Source: Parcubacteria group bacterium | GTDB lineage: Bacteria; Patescibacteriota; Minisyncoccia; Moranbacterales; UBA2206 | DNA length: 64,000 bases | Direction: 5' to 3' | Assembly (NCBI GenBank): GCA_041674205.1 | Contig: JBAYWF010000004.1 | Coordinates: forward strand, 26,721 to 90,720 | Shown: positions 8,647 through 18,379 of the stretch, one piece after another | Layout: the number at the start of each line of letters is the position of its first letter | How positions within the stretch are numbered: position 1 is the first letter of the stretch | The notes under the pieces: generated by a model | What the model saw: the letters and a program-made list of their open reading frames with translations, nothing else | Databases searched by the model: none | What the model was told of the DNA's origin: nothing | Translations under genes and position numbers: made by a program

Positions 8647-9504
8647 ATGACTGTCAAAAACTATCCCATCAAGAATGATACGGATTGGTGGCCTAAATTA
8701 GCAATAAAATGGAAAGGGATAACCGATCCAGTGAGGCCATCAGAGGATAACTTGGGAGTTTATGATAAACTCCTCAGAACTTCCCTAAAGGGTATAAAAA
8801 AGCCGAGAATTTTAGTGTTGGGATCAACCCCTGAAATGCGCGATTTGGCTCACAGATATGATGCTGAAGTTACCATCGTCGATATCAACATTGAAATGAT
8901 GCTGGCGATGTCGGAATTAATGGAGCATAAAAGCGATATCGAAAAAGAAATCTGGGTAAAAAGCGGCTGGGACAACGTCCCATTGGCTGGAAATTATTTT
9001 GATGCGATACTAGGTGACGCGGTCAGCAGCAATATGCCTTGGGAAAAATCGAAATTATGGATGGCGCATATGGCTGAACTGCTAAAAAAGGGCGGAGTTT
9101 TCATCGAAAGAACGTACATCCATACTGGCAATAAAAATACCGAGGTTCTGATCGATAAGCTTTTTAAGCGGATATCTGCCGAGGGGATGGTCAAAAAACA
9201 AGACCTATCCATACTTCAAATATTATTGCTGGATCTGAGTTATGATAATGAAAAAAAGATCGTAATAAATACCAACAATAAAATAAACATCTCGAGATTC
9301 AAAGACGCTTATAGGGATGAATTCATCGATGGATTATATCGGAAATTCAACAAACTCTTTCCGGATAATCCGCCTAAGATGTGGCGCGCGGTTACGGAAG
9401 ATGAACAGGACATCATATTCAGCAAAGATTTTAAAATTATCGATAAAATGCCCTCCAAATCATTTGTTAAAAATTTCATTTTTTACAAATTAATCAAAAA
9501 ATAG
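8647..9504 (+). CDS. Methyltransferase-fold paralog 1 (putative class I SAM-dependent methyltransferase, divergent motif I)
   Basis: Family signature W...RPSxxDxxxY, LVLGSTPEMRDL (beta1-loop), acidic VTIVDIN (beta2), FDAILGD, LLKKGG (motif III-like). Confidence 0.5.
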   Translation: MTVKNYPIKNDTDWWPKLAIKWKGITDPVRPSEDNLGVYDKLLRTSLKGIKKPRILVLGSTPEMRDLAHRYDAEVTIVDINIEMMLAMSELMEHKSDIEKEIWVKSGWDNVPLAGNYFDAILGDAVSSNMPWEKSKLWMAHMAELLKKGGVFIERTYIHTGNKNTEVLIDKLFKRISAEGMVKKQDLSILQILLLDLSYDNEKKIVINTNNKINISRFKDAYRDEFIDGLYRKFNKLFPDNPPKMWRAVTEDEQDIIFSKDFKIIDKMPSKSFVKNFIFYKLIKK

Positions 9505-9505
9505 G

Positions 9506-10405
9506 ATGAAGATCACGGAAAAATTCAAAAATCATCAGAAAAAATGGGCCAGGATTTCCAAGCACTGGGGGAATTTTACCGAGCCAAGCCGGCCAAGCAG
9601 AGGGGATATCGCCAATTACAATTCCTTGCTTAGTGCGGCGCTGAAAAACCGGAAAAACCCCGACATCTTATTGCTCGGTTCCACGCCGGAAATCCGCGAC
9701 GTGCTTTTCAAATTTTCCATGACCCATGGCGCGAAAGTGATCTGTGCCGATATGACGCGTGAGATGTTTGACGCTATGTCGGCACTCACTGATTTTAAAA
9801 ACGCCAAGGAAAAATTCGTATCCGCGAACTGGGTCGATATGCGGTTTGATAAAAAATTCGACGTCATAATCGGGGATTTCGTAAACGGAAATATCGGGGA
9901 CAGACATAAGCACGCTTATTTTTCCAATCTGGTGTCACTTTTGAAAGAGGACGGCTCATTCATCACCCGCGATTGCGTATTTACAGACGAATGCAAGATA
10001 GGAAGCGTCGAGCAGGCGTTCAGGTCTTTCTTGAACCAGGCGCGCGATGAGGAATACCCGATGAAAAAAGCGGCCAATATGGCGGCAAACACGCTTATCT
10101 GGGCAAGCCGGGCATTGAATGATGAGAGGAAAGGGTCGCTTTCGTATTTTTGGCCGGAACTTGAAAAATTCGGAGAGAAATTGGATTCGGCCCGGAGCGA
10201 GGACGATATCCTGCTCAAGATAATGTACCAGCGGATGATGAGAGCTTGGACGCCGTACAAATCGAAATATTGGACGTATAACACCTTTGAAGAAAATAAG
10301 CGGATGCTGGAAGGATATTTCATAATCAAGAAAACGCTTTTTGCCGACGACTACGGAAAAATCATCACGAAAGCTTCCCCGATGTATTTATTAGGTAAGC
10401 AATAA
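9506..10405 (+). CDS. Methyltransferase-fold paralog 2
   Basis: RPSRGDIANY, LLLGSTPEIRDV, VICADM, FDVIIGD, LLKEDG. Starts 2 nt after paralog 1. Confidence 0.5.
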   Translation: MKITEKFKNHQKKWARISKHWGNFTEPSRPSRGDIANYNSLLSAALKNRKNPDILLLGSTPEIRDVLFKFSMTHGAKVICADMTREMFDAMSALTDFKNAKEKFVSANWVDMRFDKKFDVIIGDFVNGNIGDRHKHAYFSNLVSLLKEDGSFITRDCVFTDECKIGSVEQAFRSFLNQARDEEYPMKKAANMAANTLIWASRALNDERKGSLSYFWPELEKFGEKLDSARSEDDILLKIMYQRMMRAWTPYKSKYWTYNTFEENKRMLEGYFIIKKTLFADDYGKIITKASPMYLLGKQ

Positions 10406-10424
10406 CAAACTACGGAAAAAAACT

Positions 10425-11291
10425 ATGGAAAAGAAAGTTGTTGACTTATGGAAAAATTGGTGGAAAGTATGGACTAAAATCGGACCGCCTTGGCGTCCAT
10501 CTAAAAAGGATATCGGTTTTTGGGAAAAGCGGATAGAGGAGCTTTCAAAGAATAAAAAATTAAAAGTTTTATTGCTTGGATCGACTCCTGAAATCAGAGA
10601 TATGTTCGCGAGACATGACATCCCACTGACCCTATTGGAAGCGAATGAATCTATGTACGAAGCTATGGGCAAGATGAGAAAGGTACATAGCGCTCCTAGC
10701 GATGAAAAGCTGGTTATCGGCAATTGGCTTGAAGCTGACAGGATATTTAAGGAAAATAGATTCGATATCGTAATAAGCGATTTGCCGCATTGCAATATTG
10801 CCTACAAGGACTGGCCGAAATTTTTTACAAATATTTTTAATGTCCTAAAACCAGGGGGACAATTTTTGCTTGCTACGGTAACTTATGGTTACCCAGAAAG
10901 GCAGACGATTGAAGAAATGTTGGAAAAATACAGTAAAAACAAAAAATACTTCGCTGATTTTAAAAATAGGATTTGGGAACTATATCAAGTTCTAAATGAA
11001 CCCGGGATTCTTGATAAAAAAGAATGGCGATTCAACCTTTACAAGCTAAGGGAGCTTGTAAAGAAAAAAGCCAAGAAAAAATTTTCACTGGACGAGATAG
11101 ATAGAAACCTTGTATTCATCCAGGGTGATTTAACCGGGGAACTGCTCAATGATGTCGTTGAAGTCGGGCCACCCCTGGAAGAGCAACTCATCATGCAGTC
11201 GAAATGGTTTTATTTAGATAGTTTGTATTTGGTGCCAGATCATCCGGTTTTTAAAATAAGAAGGACGATGATCCTTAAAGTAAAAAAATAA
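10425..11291 (+). CDS. Methyltransferase-fold paralog 3
   Basis: WRPSKKDIGFW, LLLGSTPEIRDM, FDIVISD, VLKPGGQFLLATV (classic motif III). Confidence 0.55.
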   Translation: MEKKVVDLWKNWWKVWTKIGPPWRPSKKDIGFWEKRIEELSKNKKLKVLLLGSTPEIRDMFARHDIPLTLLEANESMYEAMGKMRKVHSAPSDEKLVIGNWLEADRIFKENRFDIVISDLPHCNIAYKDWPKFFTNIFNVLKPGGQFLLATVTYGYPERQTIEEMLEKYSKNKKYFADFKNRIWELYQVLNEPGILDKKEWRFNLYKLRELVKKKAKKKFSLDEIDRNLVFIQGDLTGELLNDVVEVGPPLEEQLIMQSKWFYLDSLYLVPDHPVFKIRRTMILKVKK

Positions 11292-11376
11292 ACAATGGAG
11301 ATAAGCCATTCATTCGCATAATTATGATATTATTAAGCAGCCACTAATTTATTTTATTAAATATTGAAAAGATGAT

Positions 11377-12261
11377 ATGGAAAGAGTAAATGACAGAAAG
11401 GCTTGGGATAATATCTCAAAAATGTACTCAAAGCTGATAATTCCTAATCGACCTAGTTTAGGAGATATTGAAAATTACGGGCGCATAATGTCGCTAGTAT
11501 TAGGCAATAAAAAAAATCCAAAAATAATGATAATGGGCTCTACGCCAGAATTGAGATCTGCTGCTTACAGATTTAGGATTATGAAGGGGGCAAAGGTTTT
11601 TTGCGTAGATATTAGCGAAAATATGTATGAAGCAATGAATAATTTTTGCGTATCAAAGCAGTCAAATGATGAAAAGTATTTAGAAAGATCGTGGCTAAAA
11701 ACTGGTTTCAAAAAAGATTACTTTGATTTAATTTTGGGAGATGAAGTTATTTGCAATATCCCATTTGAATCACAAGACGAATTATTTAAAGAAATTTCAA
11801 GAATCCTGAAAAAAAATGGAGCTTGGGTTACAAGGCATAATTTTTCTATTGGAAAAGACGAGGTAACAAACCCAAAAGAAATAATAGAATACCTAGCTAT
11901 TAACATATCTAATGGGAATATAAACTTTGATTTTGCTGTAAATTTATTATTCGTGGATTTTTTTTACTACGCGGGATGGCATAATCCATTAGATAATTCT
12001 ATGGAGAGCCATTTGAAAGTAATGAAAAAAGAATATTTAATTCACTTCAAGAAACATCCATTAAAAAAGATCGTGAAGGAATTGATAGATTTATATGATA
12101 TTTTTTGGGTAAGTTTATCCGGGAATCATAACTGGTCTATTGTTTCAAGAAAAGATAGTGAAATAAGATTAAAGAAATTTTTTAAAATCGGAAAAAAATT
12201 ATATTCCAATGATTACCCAACTGCTAAAAATTCACCGATCTATCTGTTAAGTAAAAAATAA
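11377..12261 (+). CDS. Methyltransferase-fold paralog 4
   Basis: NRPSLGDIENY, MIMGSTPELRS, VFCVDISENM, FDLILGD, ILKKNG. Confidence 0.5.
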   Translation: MERVNDRKAWDNISKMYSKLIIPNRPSLGDIENYGRIMSLVLGNKKNPKIMIMGSTPELRSAAYRFRIMKGAKVFCVDISENMYEAMNNFCVSKQSNDEKYLERSWLKTGFKKDYFDLILGDEVICNIPFESQDELFKEISRILKKNGAWVTRHNFSIGKDEVTNPKEIIEYLAINISNGNINFDFAVNLLFVDFFYYAGWHNPLDNSMESHLKVMKKEYLIHFKKHPLKKIVKELIDLYDIFWVSLSGNHNWSIVSRKDSEIRLKKFFKIGKKLYSNDYPTAKNSPIYLLSKK

Positions 12262-12262
12262 T

Positions 12263-13117
12263 ATGGAACCAAAAAAACCAAAGGTTTATAACCAAGCCTG
12301 GGCCAGCTATTATGATATGTGGGGCAAGACGGAATCGCCGTGGCGGCCGAACAAGAACGACATCGCTTTTTGTGGGAAGATGATCAAGGATATTCTCAAA
12401 AAAGAAAAGAGCCCGAAAGCCTTGGTGTTCGGTTCGACTCCGGAAATCCGCGATCTTTTGGCCAAGTATGGGATAGAAACCACCCTTGTCGATGCCAATC
12501 CGACGATGAAAAAAGCGATGGACAAATTAATGAAGCTCAAAAATCCCAAAGAGAAATTCATAATCGACAACTGGCTAAGCGTCAGATTGCCGAAGGAACA
12601 TTTCGATTTGGTTTTCTCCGATGGGCCGCTGTGCAATATCGCCCTTAGTACCTGGGGAAAGTTCATCGATAACGTGAATGGGTCGCTTAAAAAAGAAGGT
12701 TTGTTTTATCTGGCCGCTTGGGTTTACCAAGTCCGGAATCCTTGGGGATTCGATGGATTGATAGCGAAATATAAGAAAGACCCGGAATATTTCAAAGATT
12801 TCAAAAATAGGATATGGTCGTTGCACCGCCTCTACCAGGAACCCGGACTATACAACCGGAAGAAAAAAGAATTCCATTTCGACAAAGTCATAAAAAGATT
12901 GGAAAGATTTGTTAAAAAGGGCATCATCAGCGAATCAGATCTTGGAAATATCCGCTGGGTGAATGATGATTTGGGCTCATACGTGGAAATCGCTTTTGAC
13001 AATATCAGGGAAAATGACGATTTTTTGAGGCGATTTTACACGATCAAGGAAATATATACCGACAAATCCCATCCATTGATGGCTTTTCGAAGGGATTATA
13101 TGCTGAAAAAGAAATAA
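12263..13117 (+). CDS. Methyltransferase-fold paralog 5
   Basis: WRPNKNDIAF, LVFGSTPEIRDL, TTLVDANPTM, FDLVFSD, LKKEG. Confidence 0.5.
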   Translation: MEPKKPKVYNQAWASYYDMWGKTESPWRPNKNDIAFCGKMIKDILKKEKSPKALVFGSTPEIRDLLAKYGIETTLVDANPTMKKAMDKLMKLKNPKEKFIIDNWLSVRLPKEHFDLVFSDGPLCNIALSTWGKFIDNVNGSLKKEGLFYLAAWVYQVRNPWGFDGLIAKYKKDPEYFKDFKNRIWSLHRLYQEPGLYNRKKKEFHFDKVIKRLERFVKKGIISESDLGNIRWVNDDLGSYVEIAFDNIRENDDFLRRFYTIKEIYTDKSHPLMAFRRDYMLKKK

Positions 13118-13191
13118 TTCCTAATCCATATTCGAAAGTTAGCTGATTTTTTTGGTTTTGTAAAGCCAAAAAATAGTATATAATAAGGGGA

Positions 13192-14064
13192 TTGATGCAA
13201 AAAACGAAATCAGTAAAAGTTAAAAATATGTCAAAAAAACCAGTATTAAACAAGGAAGGTTGGACCCGTGTTTCAGAAGAATGGGGGCGGGTTATGTCAC
13301 CTGATCGTCCTTCACGCTATGAAATTGAGATATATGAGGATTACATCCGAAAGATAGTCCAAAAATCCAAGAAGAAAATCAAGGCTTTGATTTTAGGCGC
13401 GACGCCGGAACTCAGGGATCTATTGGCTACGTATGATATCGACGTCACTATTGTCGACATAAATTCGGATATGATCAAGGCTATGGATCAGCTTCTGGAA
13501 TATTCGGATGGGAAAGAAAAAACAGTGGTTTCAAATTGGCTTGAAATTCCGCTGGAATCGGATTCTTTCGATGTCGTTCTTTGTGACCACGGAGTGTGCC
13601 ATATCCCGTTTGAAAAGTGGGAAGCGTTTTTCGCTGAGCAGGCGAGACTCTTGAAAAAAGGCGGCCACCTGATAAAGAACGTCGTCACAGTTGAAAAAAA
13701 CGAGACCCTTGGCGCGGATGATATGATAGCCGCCTTTAAAAATAATATTTTTACCCGGGATGACAAAAATTATTATTATTGGTCGTGCATTATCGGGATG
13801 GATGATTTTGAAGGCAAGCAACACCTTAAAAACTTCCAAGATTTAGATGATCAGCTGAAGAAGTTCCTAAAAGGCGGAGTTATCACAAAAAAACAATTTG
13901 ATTTCCTAAAGACTTTTTGGCATGGATTCAAGGCTACGTTTCCACCGAAAGAGGTCGTTGACGATATCATCAGCAGGAGTTTTATTATAAAATCAATCAG
14001 AAGCAGCGCGGCAAATAGGGCTTTGACATGCTATAAGATTTATTTCGGTCAGGCAAAGAAGTAA
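13192..14064 (+). CDS. Methyltransferase-fold paralog 6
   Basis: DRPSRYEIEIY, LILGATPELRDL, VTIVDINSDM, FDVVLCD, LLKKGG. Confidence 0.5.
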   Translation: MMQKTKSVKVKNMSKKPVLNKEGWTRVSEEWGRVMSPDRPSRYEIEIYEDYIRKIVQKSKKKIKALILGATPELRDLLATYDIDVTIVDINSDMIKAMDQLLEYSDGKEKTVVSNWLEIPLESDSFDVVLCDHGVCHIPFEKWEAFFAEQARLLKKGGHLIKNVVTVEKNETLGADDMIAAFKNNIFTRDDKNYYYWSCIIGMDDFEGKQHLKNFQDLDDQLKKFLKGGVITKKQFDFLKTFWHGFKATFPPKEVVDDIISRSFIIKSIRSSAANRALTCYKIYFGQAKK

Positions 14065-14125
14065 CGCCCCTATTTTTATAATATGAAAAATTGAAAAAGA
14101 CATAATTTTTTTAAAGACCAGCGTT

Positions 14126-14467
14126 ATGCGGAAAATTTCAGGCGTCATTATCAAGGGCAAACAAAAAGGGCGGACATTGGGATTTCCGACCGCTAATCTT
14201 GTTTTGGATGACCCGGCAATCGGAAGCGGGGTTTATGTCGGCAAAGCCCGTTTTGACGGCGGAGAATATGTCGCCGCCATTTTCGTGCCGGAAAAACGCG
14301 ATGTTCTGGAGGCGCACATTTTGGATTTTGAAGGCGACTTATACGGGAAAGAAATCAGCGTCGAGGTCGGCCAAAAGATCCGCGAGGTGGTCCGTTTCGA
14401 GAGCGAGAAGGAATTGATCAGCCAAGTACTGAAAGACCTGTTCCTGATCAGAAAAGCTAAACCGTAA
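14126..14467 (+). CDS. Riboflavin kinase (monofunctional, RibF C-terminal-domain type)
   Basis: GRTLGFPTANL and the EAHILDF(E)GDLYG pattern of the flavokinase domain. Confidence 0.75.
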   Translation: MRKISGVIIKGKQKGRTLGFPTANLVLDDPAIGSGVYVGKARFDGGEYVAAIFVPEKRDVLEAHILDFEGDLYGKEISVEVGQKIREVVRFESEKELISQVLKDLFLIRKAKP

Positions 14468-14478
14468 TTTCAAAAGAT

Positions 14479-15063
14479 ATGTTCACCGGCATCATAAAAA
14501 AATTATCCGTTATCGAAAAGGTCTCCCAAAAAAATGGCAGCCTTTTCGTATCCGTAAAAATCCCGGCTGGCTGGAAAGTTTGGAAGGGGGAGAGTATCGC
14601 GATCGATGGCGTATGCTCGACGGTCAAAAATTTGACCAAAAAAGATTTTATCGTGGAATATATGCCGGAAACCATCCATAAAACTACCGTCGGAGATTTT
14701 ATCAAAGATAGGCCGGTGAACTTGGAAAAAAGCCTCAAATTGAACGATCTCCTGGATGGCCATCTGGTGCAAGGGCATATCGATACGACCGGACAAGTGA
14801 AGGAAATCAAACAAATCCAAGAATCCAAAGTCGTCAAGATAAAAATCCCAACCAGTTTTATGCGCTTGGTCGCCGATAAAGGTTCGGTGACGGTGAACGG
14901 CACGAGCCTCACGGTCGTTTCCACCGGCAAAGATTGGTTCAGCGTGTCGCTAGTCGGCTACACCTTGAACAACACCAACCTCGGGACGCTCGAAGTGGGG
15001 GATAGGGTAAACATTGAAACCGATGTTTTGGCCAAATATATCGATAAATTGTTAAGGAAATAA
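14479..15063 (+). CDS. Riboflavin synthase alpha subunit
   Basis: MFTGII start and duplicated lumazine-binding halves (GESIAIDGVCSTV / GSVTVNGTSLTV). Confidence 0.85.
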   Translation: MFTGIIKKLSVIEKVSQKNGSLFVSVKIPAGWKVWKGESIAIDGVCSTVKNLTKKDFIVEYMPETIHKTTVGDFIKDRPVNLEKSLKLNDLLDGHLVQGHIDTTGQVKEIKQIQESKVVKIKIPTSFMRLVADKGSVTVNGTSLTVVSTGKDWFSVSLVGYTLNNTNLGTLEVGDRVNIETDVLAKYIDKLLRK

Positions 15064-15064
15064 T

Positions 15065-15523
15065 ATGCTAAGAAAACAATCAAGTGAAGTCGGGAAAATC
15101 GACGGGGAGAAATTAAAAATCGCGATCGTGGTTTCGAAATTCAACCTGGATATCACCGGCAAAATGTTCGCGGGCGCAGTTGAAACTTTACAGGATAGCG
15201 GGGTGATGGAAAAAAACATCCGGACTGTCTGGGTGCCGGGAGCGTTCGAAATCCCTTTGGCTTGCCAGAAATTAGCCCAAACAAAAAAGTATGACGGGCT
15301 GGTCGCGCTGGGTTGCGTCATCAAGGGCGATACCGACCATTACCATTACGTATCCAGCGAATCGATCCGCGGCGTGATGGATGTGATGCTTAAAACCGAT
15401 TTGCCGATCGGATTAGGCATAATCACGACCGCCAATTTGAAACAAGCCCAGGAGCGCTCCAATGACCGGCACAACAAAGGTGCCGAAGCGGCCCAAGCCG
15501 TTTTGGAGGTGATAAATAATTAA
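15065..15523 (+). CDS. ribH: 6,7-dimethyl-8-ribityllumazine synthase
   Basis: KIAIVVSKFN, WVPGAFEIP and GCVIKGDTDHY motifs. Confidence 0.85.
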   Translation: MLRKQSSEVGKIDGEKLKIAIVVSKFNLDITGKMFAGAVETLQDSGVMEKNIRTVWVPGAFEIPLACQKLAQTKKYDGLVALGCVIKGDTDHYHYVSSESIRGVMDVMLKTDLPIGLGIITTANLKQAQERSNDRHNKGAEAAQAVLEVINN

Positions 15524-15539
15524 ATCATATATAAAATTT

Positions 15540-17075
15540 ATGGATAAAGTCAGAGTCAGATTCGCGCCGTCGCCGACCGGTTATTTGCATATCGGCGGCT
15601 TGCGGAGCGCCCTATATAACTATCTGTTCGCCAAGAAAAACGGCGGGACTTTCATCTTGAAAATAGAAGACACTGACCGCAAAAGATTCGTCGAGGGCGC
15701 GGTGGAAAGCCTTATCAGCTCTTTGGATTGGGCGGGTTTGGATCGGGATGAGGGCGTGTTTATGAAAAACCAGGTTTCGGGTTCGGAATCACAAAAAACA
15801 TTCGAGTCCGAGAATTACCCGGGGGTTATGGAAATAGGCGAGTTTGGACCATACATACAATCGGAAAGACTGAATCTGTACAAAAAATATGCCGAGGAAT
15901 TGGTCGCCAAGGACAAGGCTTATTATTGTTTTTGCGAACAAGATCGGCTGGACAAGGTTAAGGAAGAAAAGATCGCAAACAAACAGGCTCCGATGTATGA
16001 CCGCTATTGTTTGAAAAACGTCACTCCGGAAGAAGTCAATGGGAAATTGAAATCGAATTGCGCCTACACGATCAGGCTTAAAGTTCCTGCTGATGAAATC
16101 ATCGAATTTGAAGATTTGGTCCGCGGAAAAGTTTCCATCAATTCCAATACCATCGATGACCAGGTCTTGATGAAATCCGACGGTTTCCCAACCTACCACT
16201 TGGCCAGCGTGATAGATGATCATCTGATGTGTACGACGCATGTCATCCGCGGCGAAGAATGGCTGCCTAGCACGCCGAAACATATCTTGCTCTATCGGGC
16301 GTTCGGATGGGAAATCCCAGAGTTCGCGCATCTGCCTCTTCTGCTCAGCACGGACAAGAAAAAACTTTCCAAACGTATGGGGGATGTGGCGGTTGAGGAT
16401 TACATAAAAAACGGCTATCTGAAAGAGGCGATAATAAATTTTGTAGCTCTTTTGGGATGGCATCCGGGCGAAGGAGAAACTCAGGAAATATATTCGCTGG
16501 ACGAATTGGAAAAAATATTCGATATTAAGCGGGTGCACAAGGCCGGCGCGGTTTTTGATTTGCAAAAGCTTGATTGGCTTAACGCGCAATATATCAAAAA
16601 AATGTCCGTGGATGAATTGTACGGACAGTCCTTGAAATTTTTCGCGCAGAAAGATTTTTATAATTCAGCTCCAAAGGAAATGAAAACCGAGGAATATCTG
16701 AAAAAAGTTTTGACTGTGGAGCAAGAGCGGCTCGTCAGATTGTCAGACGTAGGAGAAAATGATAAATTCTTTTTTACTAATATTGATTACGATAAGGCCA
16801 TGTTGCGCTGGAAAGATATGTCCGACGAAGCCTTGAAAGAATCATTGGAAAAATCCAAAAAAGTCCTGATGGGAATCGATGAACAAGGATGGGAACTGAA
16901 AAATATCGAAGAAAAACTTTTTGCGGCGGCAGGGGACAAGAAGGGCGATTTGCTTTGGCCGCTCCGAGTAGCCCTTTCCGGCGCGCAAAAATCCCCTTCG
17001 CCGATGGAATTGGCCTGGGTATTAGGCAAGCAAGAAAGCCTGGATAGACTGGAAAGCGCCATAAATAAGATTTGA
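15540..17075 (+). CDS. gltX: Glutamyl-tRNA synthetase
   Basis: RFAPSPTGYLHIGGLRSAL (HIGH) and KLSKRMG (KMSKS) class-I motifs. Length fits GluRS. Confidence 0.9.
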   Translation: MDKVRVRFAPSPTGYLHIGGLRSALYNYLFAKKNGGTFILKIEDTDRKRFVEGAVESLISSLDWAGLDRDEGVFMKNQVSGSESQKTFESENYPGVMEIGEFGPYIQSERLNLYKKYAEELVAKDKAYYCFCEQDRLDKVKEEKIANKQAPMYDRYCLKNVTPEEVNGKLKSNCAYTIRLKVPADEIIEFEDLVRGKVSINSNTIDDQVLMKSDGFPTYHLASVIDDHLMCTTHVIRGEEWLPSTPKHILLYRAFGWEIPEFAHLPLLLSTDKKKLSKRMGDVAVEDYIKNGYLKEAIINFVALLGWHPGEGETQEIYSLDELEKIFDIKRVHKAGAVFDLQKLDWLNAQYIKKMSVDELYGQSLKFFAQKDFYNSAPKEMKTEEYLKKVLTVEQERLVRLSDVGENDKFFFTNIDYDKAMLRWKDMSDEALKESLEKSKKVLMGIDEQGWELKNIEEKLFAAAGDKKGDLLWPLRVALSGAQKSPSPMELAWVLGKQESLDRLESAINKI

Positions 17076-17097
17076 ATTTAAAAATAGGCGTTTTTAT

Positions 17098-17106
17098 GTT
17101 ATAATG
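17098..17106 (+). promoter_or_regulatory. Extended -10 element (TGnTATAAT) upstream of the M23 peptidase gene
   Basis: tgttataat lies 41 nt upstream of the ATG at 17147. Confidence 0.35.
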
Positions 17107-17146
17107 CGGTATGATTGGATTAGAAACATAGGATGACGTCTGCTGT

Positions 17147-18379
17147 ATGCTAAAAAAACAAAGTGTGAAAAAAAATATATCCAAAAGGATCACTGCGCTA
17201 ATGGCAATCTCCAGCGCATTGTTTTTCCCGTCCATCCATAGGGTTTATGGCACTGCTACCGACTGCGACTCGGCAAACGACAGGGTTGAATGTTTGGAAA
17301 AGGAGCGCAAGGATACCCAAAAGCTAATCGATATAAAAAATAAGACTCAGCTGACGATCCAAAGCCAGCTATCGCTTATCGACGCGCAACAACAAAAAAA
17401 CCAAGTTGAATTGCTGAAAACCAAGGAAAAAGCGCAGAGTCTCGCGCAACAAGTGGCTAACTTGGAACGGGAAATCAAAGACAAAGAAGATCTGTTGAAA
17501 TATCAACAAGTGGTCTTGAGCAAGCTGATCCAATCATACTATGAATACAACCAGGGTGGGCTTTTGAATATCGTACTGATTAATCAGGATTTCTCCGATA
17601 TTTTTAGCCAATCGGACCACATTGAACAATCCAGCAGCCGCGTAAGCGAGGTTCTGAAAACTATCCGTGAAACGAAAGAAAGCCTACAAGAGGAATATGA
17701 TGACCTGAACGTCAAGAAACGGGAGAGTGAAGATATGAAAAGCGAATTGGAAGATAGGAATTTGAACTTGCAATACAGTGAAAACCAGAAGCAGAATCTG
17801 CTCGGACAGACGCAGGCTGAAATCGCCAAATATAAAGAGCTTCTGGCAAAAATCGATAATGAAATCAACGACTTGGAAGAGGGCCTTTCAAATTCGGTCA
17901 ATATGGCCGACTTGCCGCCGGACAAAGATGGCTACTTTACTTGGCCGGTCAATCCGCATATATTCACCCAGGGTTACGGCAAAACAAGCTTCGCTAAGAC
18001 ATCCGGCATATATAAGAATAATTTCCACAATGGCGTGGATTTCGGAATAAAATACAGTAGCGTCTTTGCTGCCAGAGGCGGCAAAGTGGTCGGCTCCGGC
18101 GATAATGGTAAATATGCCTATGGTAAATGGCTTGCGATTGACCATGGAGACGGGTTAGTGACATTATACGGCCATTTGAGCGATAAGGCTGTTTCTAAAG
18201 GTGGGAAAGTCAAGGAAGGGCAAAAAATTGGCGTCAGCGGAAATACCGGGAATTCAACCGGGCCGCATCTGCATTTTTCAGTTTTCTCTTCGGGAACTTT
18301 CAAGACCGTCGAGTCTTCCTATGTCAACGGCCTGATGATCCCGACCGGAGCGCCGGTCAATCCGAAAAAATATCTGTAA
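17147..18379 (+). CDS. M23-family peptidoglycan metalloendopeptidase with N-terminal signal/TM and long coiled-coil (EnvC-like architecture)
   Basis: C-terminal HNGVDFG...GHLS...GNTGNSTGPHLHF zinc-binding M23 motifs. Residues about 40-240 are Q/E/K-rich heptad-like. Confidence 0.8.
   Translation: MLKKQSVKKNISKRITALMAISSALFFPSIHRVYGTATDCDSANDRVECLEKERKDTQKLIDIKNKTQLTIQSQLSLIDAQQQKNQVELLKTKEKAQSLAQQVANLEREIKDKEDLLKYQQVVLSKLIQSYYEYNQGGLLNIVLINQDFSDIFSQSDHIEQSSSRVSEVLKTIRETKESLQEEYDDLNVKKRESEDMKSELEDRNLNLQYSENQKQNLLGQTQAEIAKYKELLAKIDNEINDLEEGLSNSVNMADLPPDKDGYFTWPVNPHIFTQGYGKTSFAKTSGIYKNNFHNGVDFGIKYSSVFAARGGKVVGSGDNGKYAYGKWLAIDHGDGLVTLYGHLSDKAVSKGGKVKEGQKIGVSGNTGNSTGPHLHFSVFSSGTFKTVESSYVNGLMIPTGAPVNPKKYL

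Noticed and set aside
8647-14064. Interpretation of the tandem paralogs as Rossmann NAD(P)-binding dehydrogenases rather than methyltransferases
   Set aside because: The LLKPGG/LLKKGG motif after the fourth strand and an acidic residue at the end of beta2 are classic class I methyltransferase features. No GxGxxG/A dinucleotide loop is present. Still uncertain. Flagged for fold recognition.
14064-14126. FMN riboswitch upstream of the riboflavin genes
   Set aside because: The intergenic is only about 60 nt and lacks the conserved FMN-element helices. The rib genes here start with a kinase, not the ribD/ribB biosynthetic start that usually carries the riboswitch.
15789-16589. 266-aa minus-strand ORF
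   Set aside because: Fully antisense to gltX, which has HIGH/KMSKS motifs. Low-complexity Phe/Ile-rich product. Shadow ORF.
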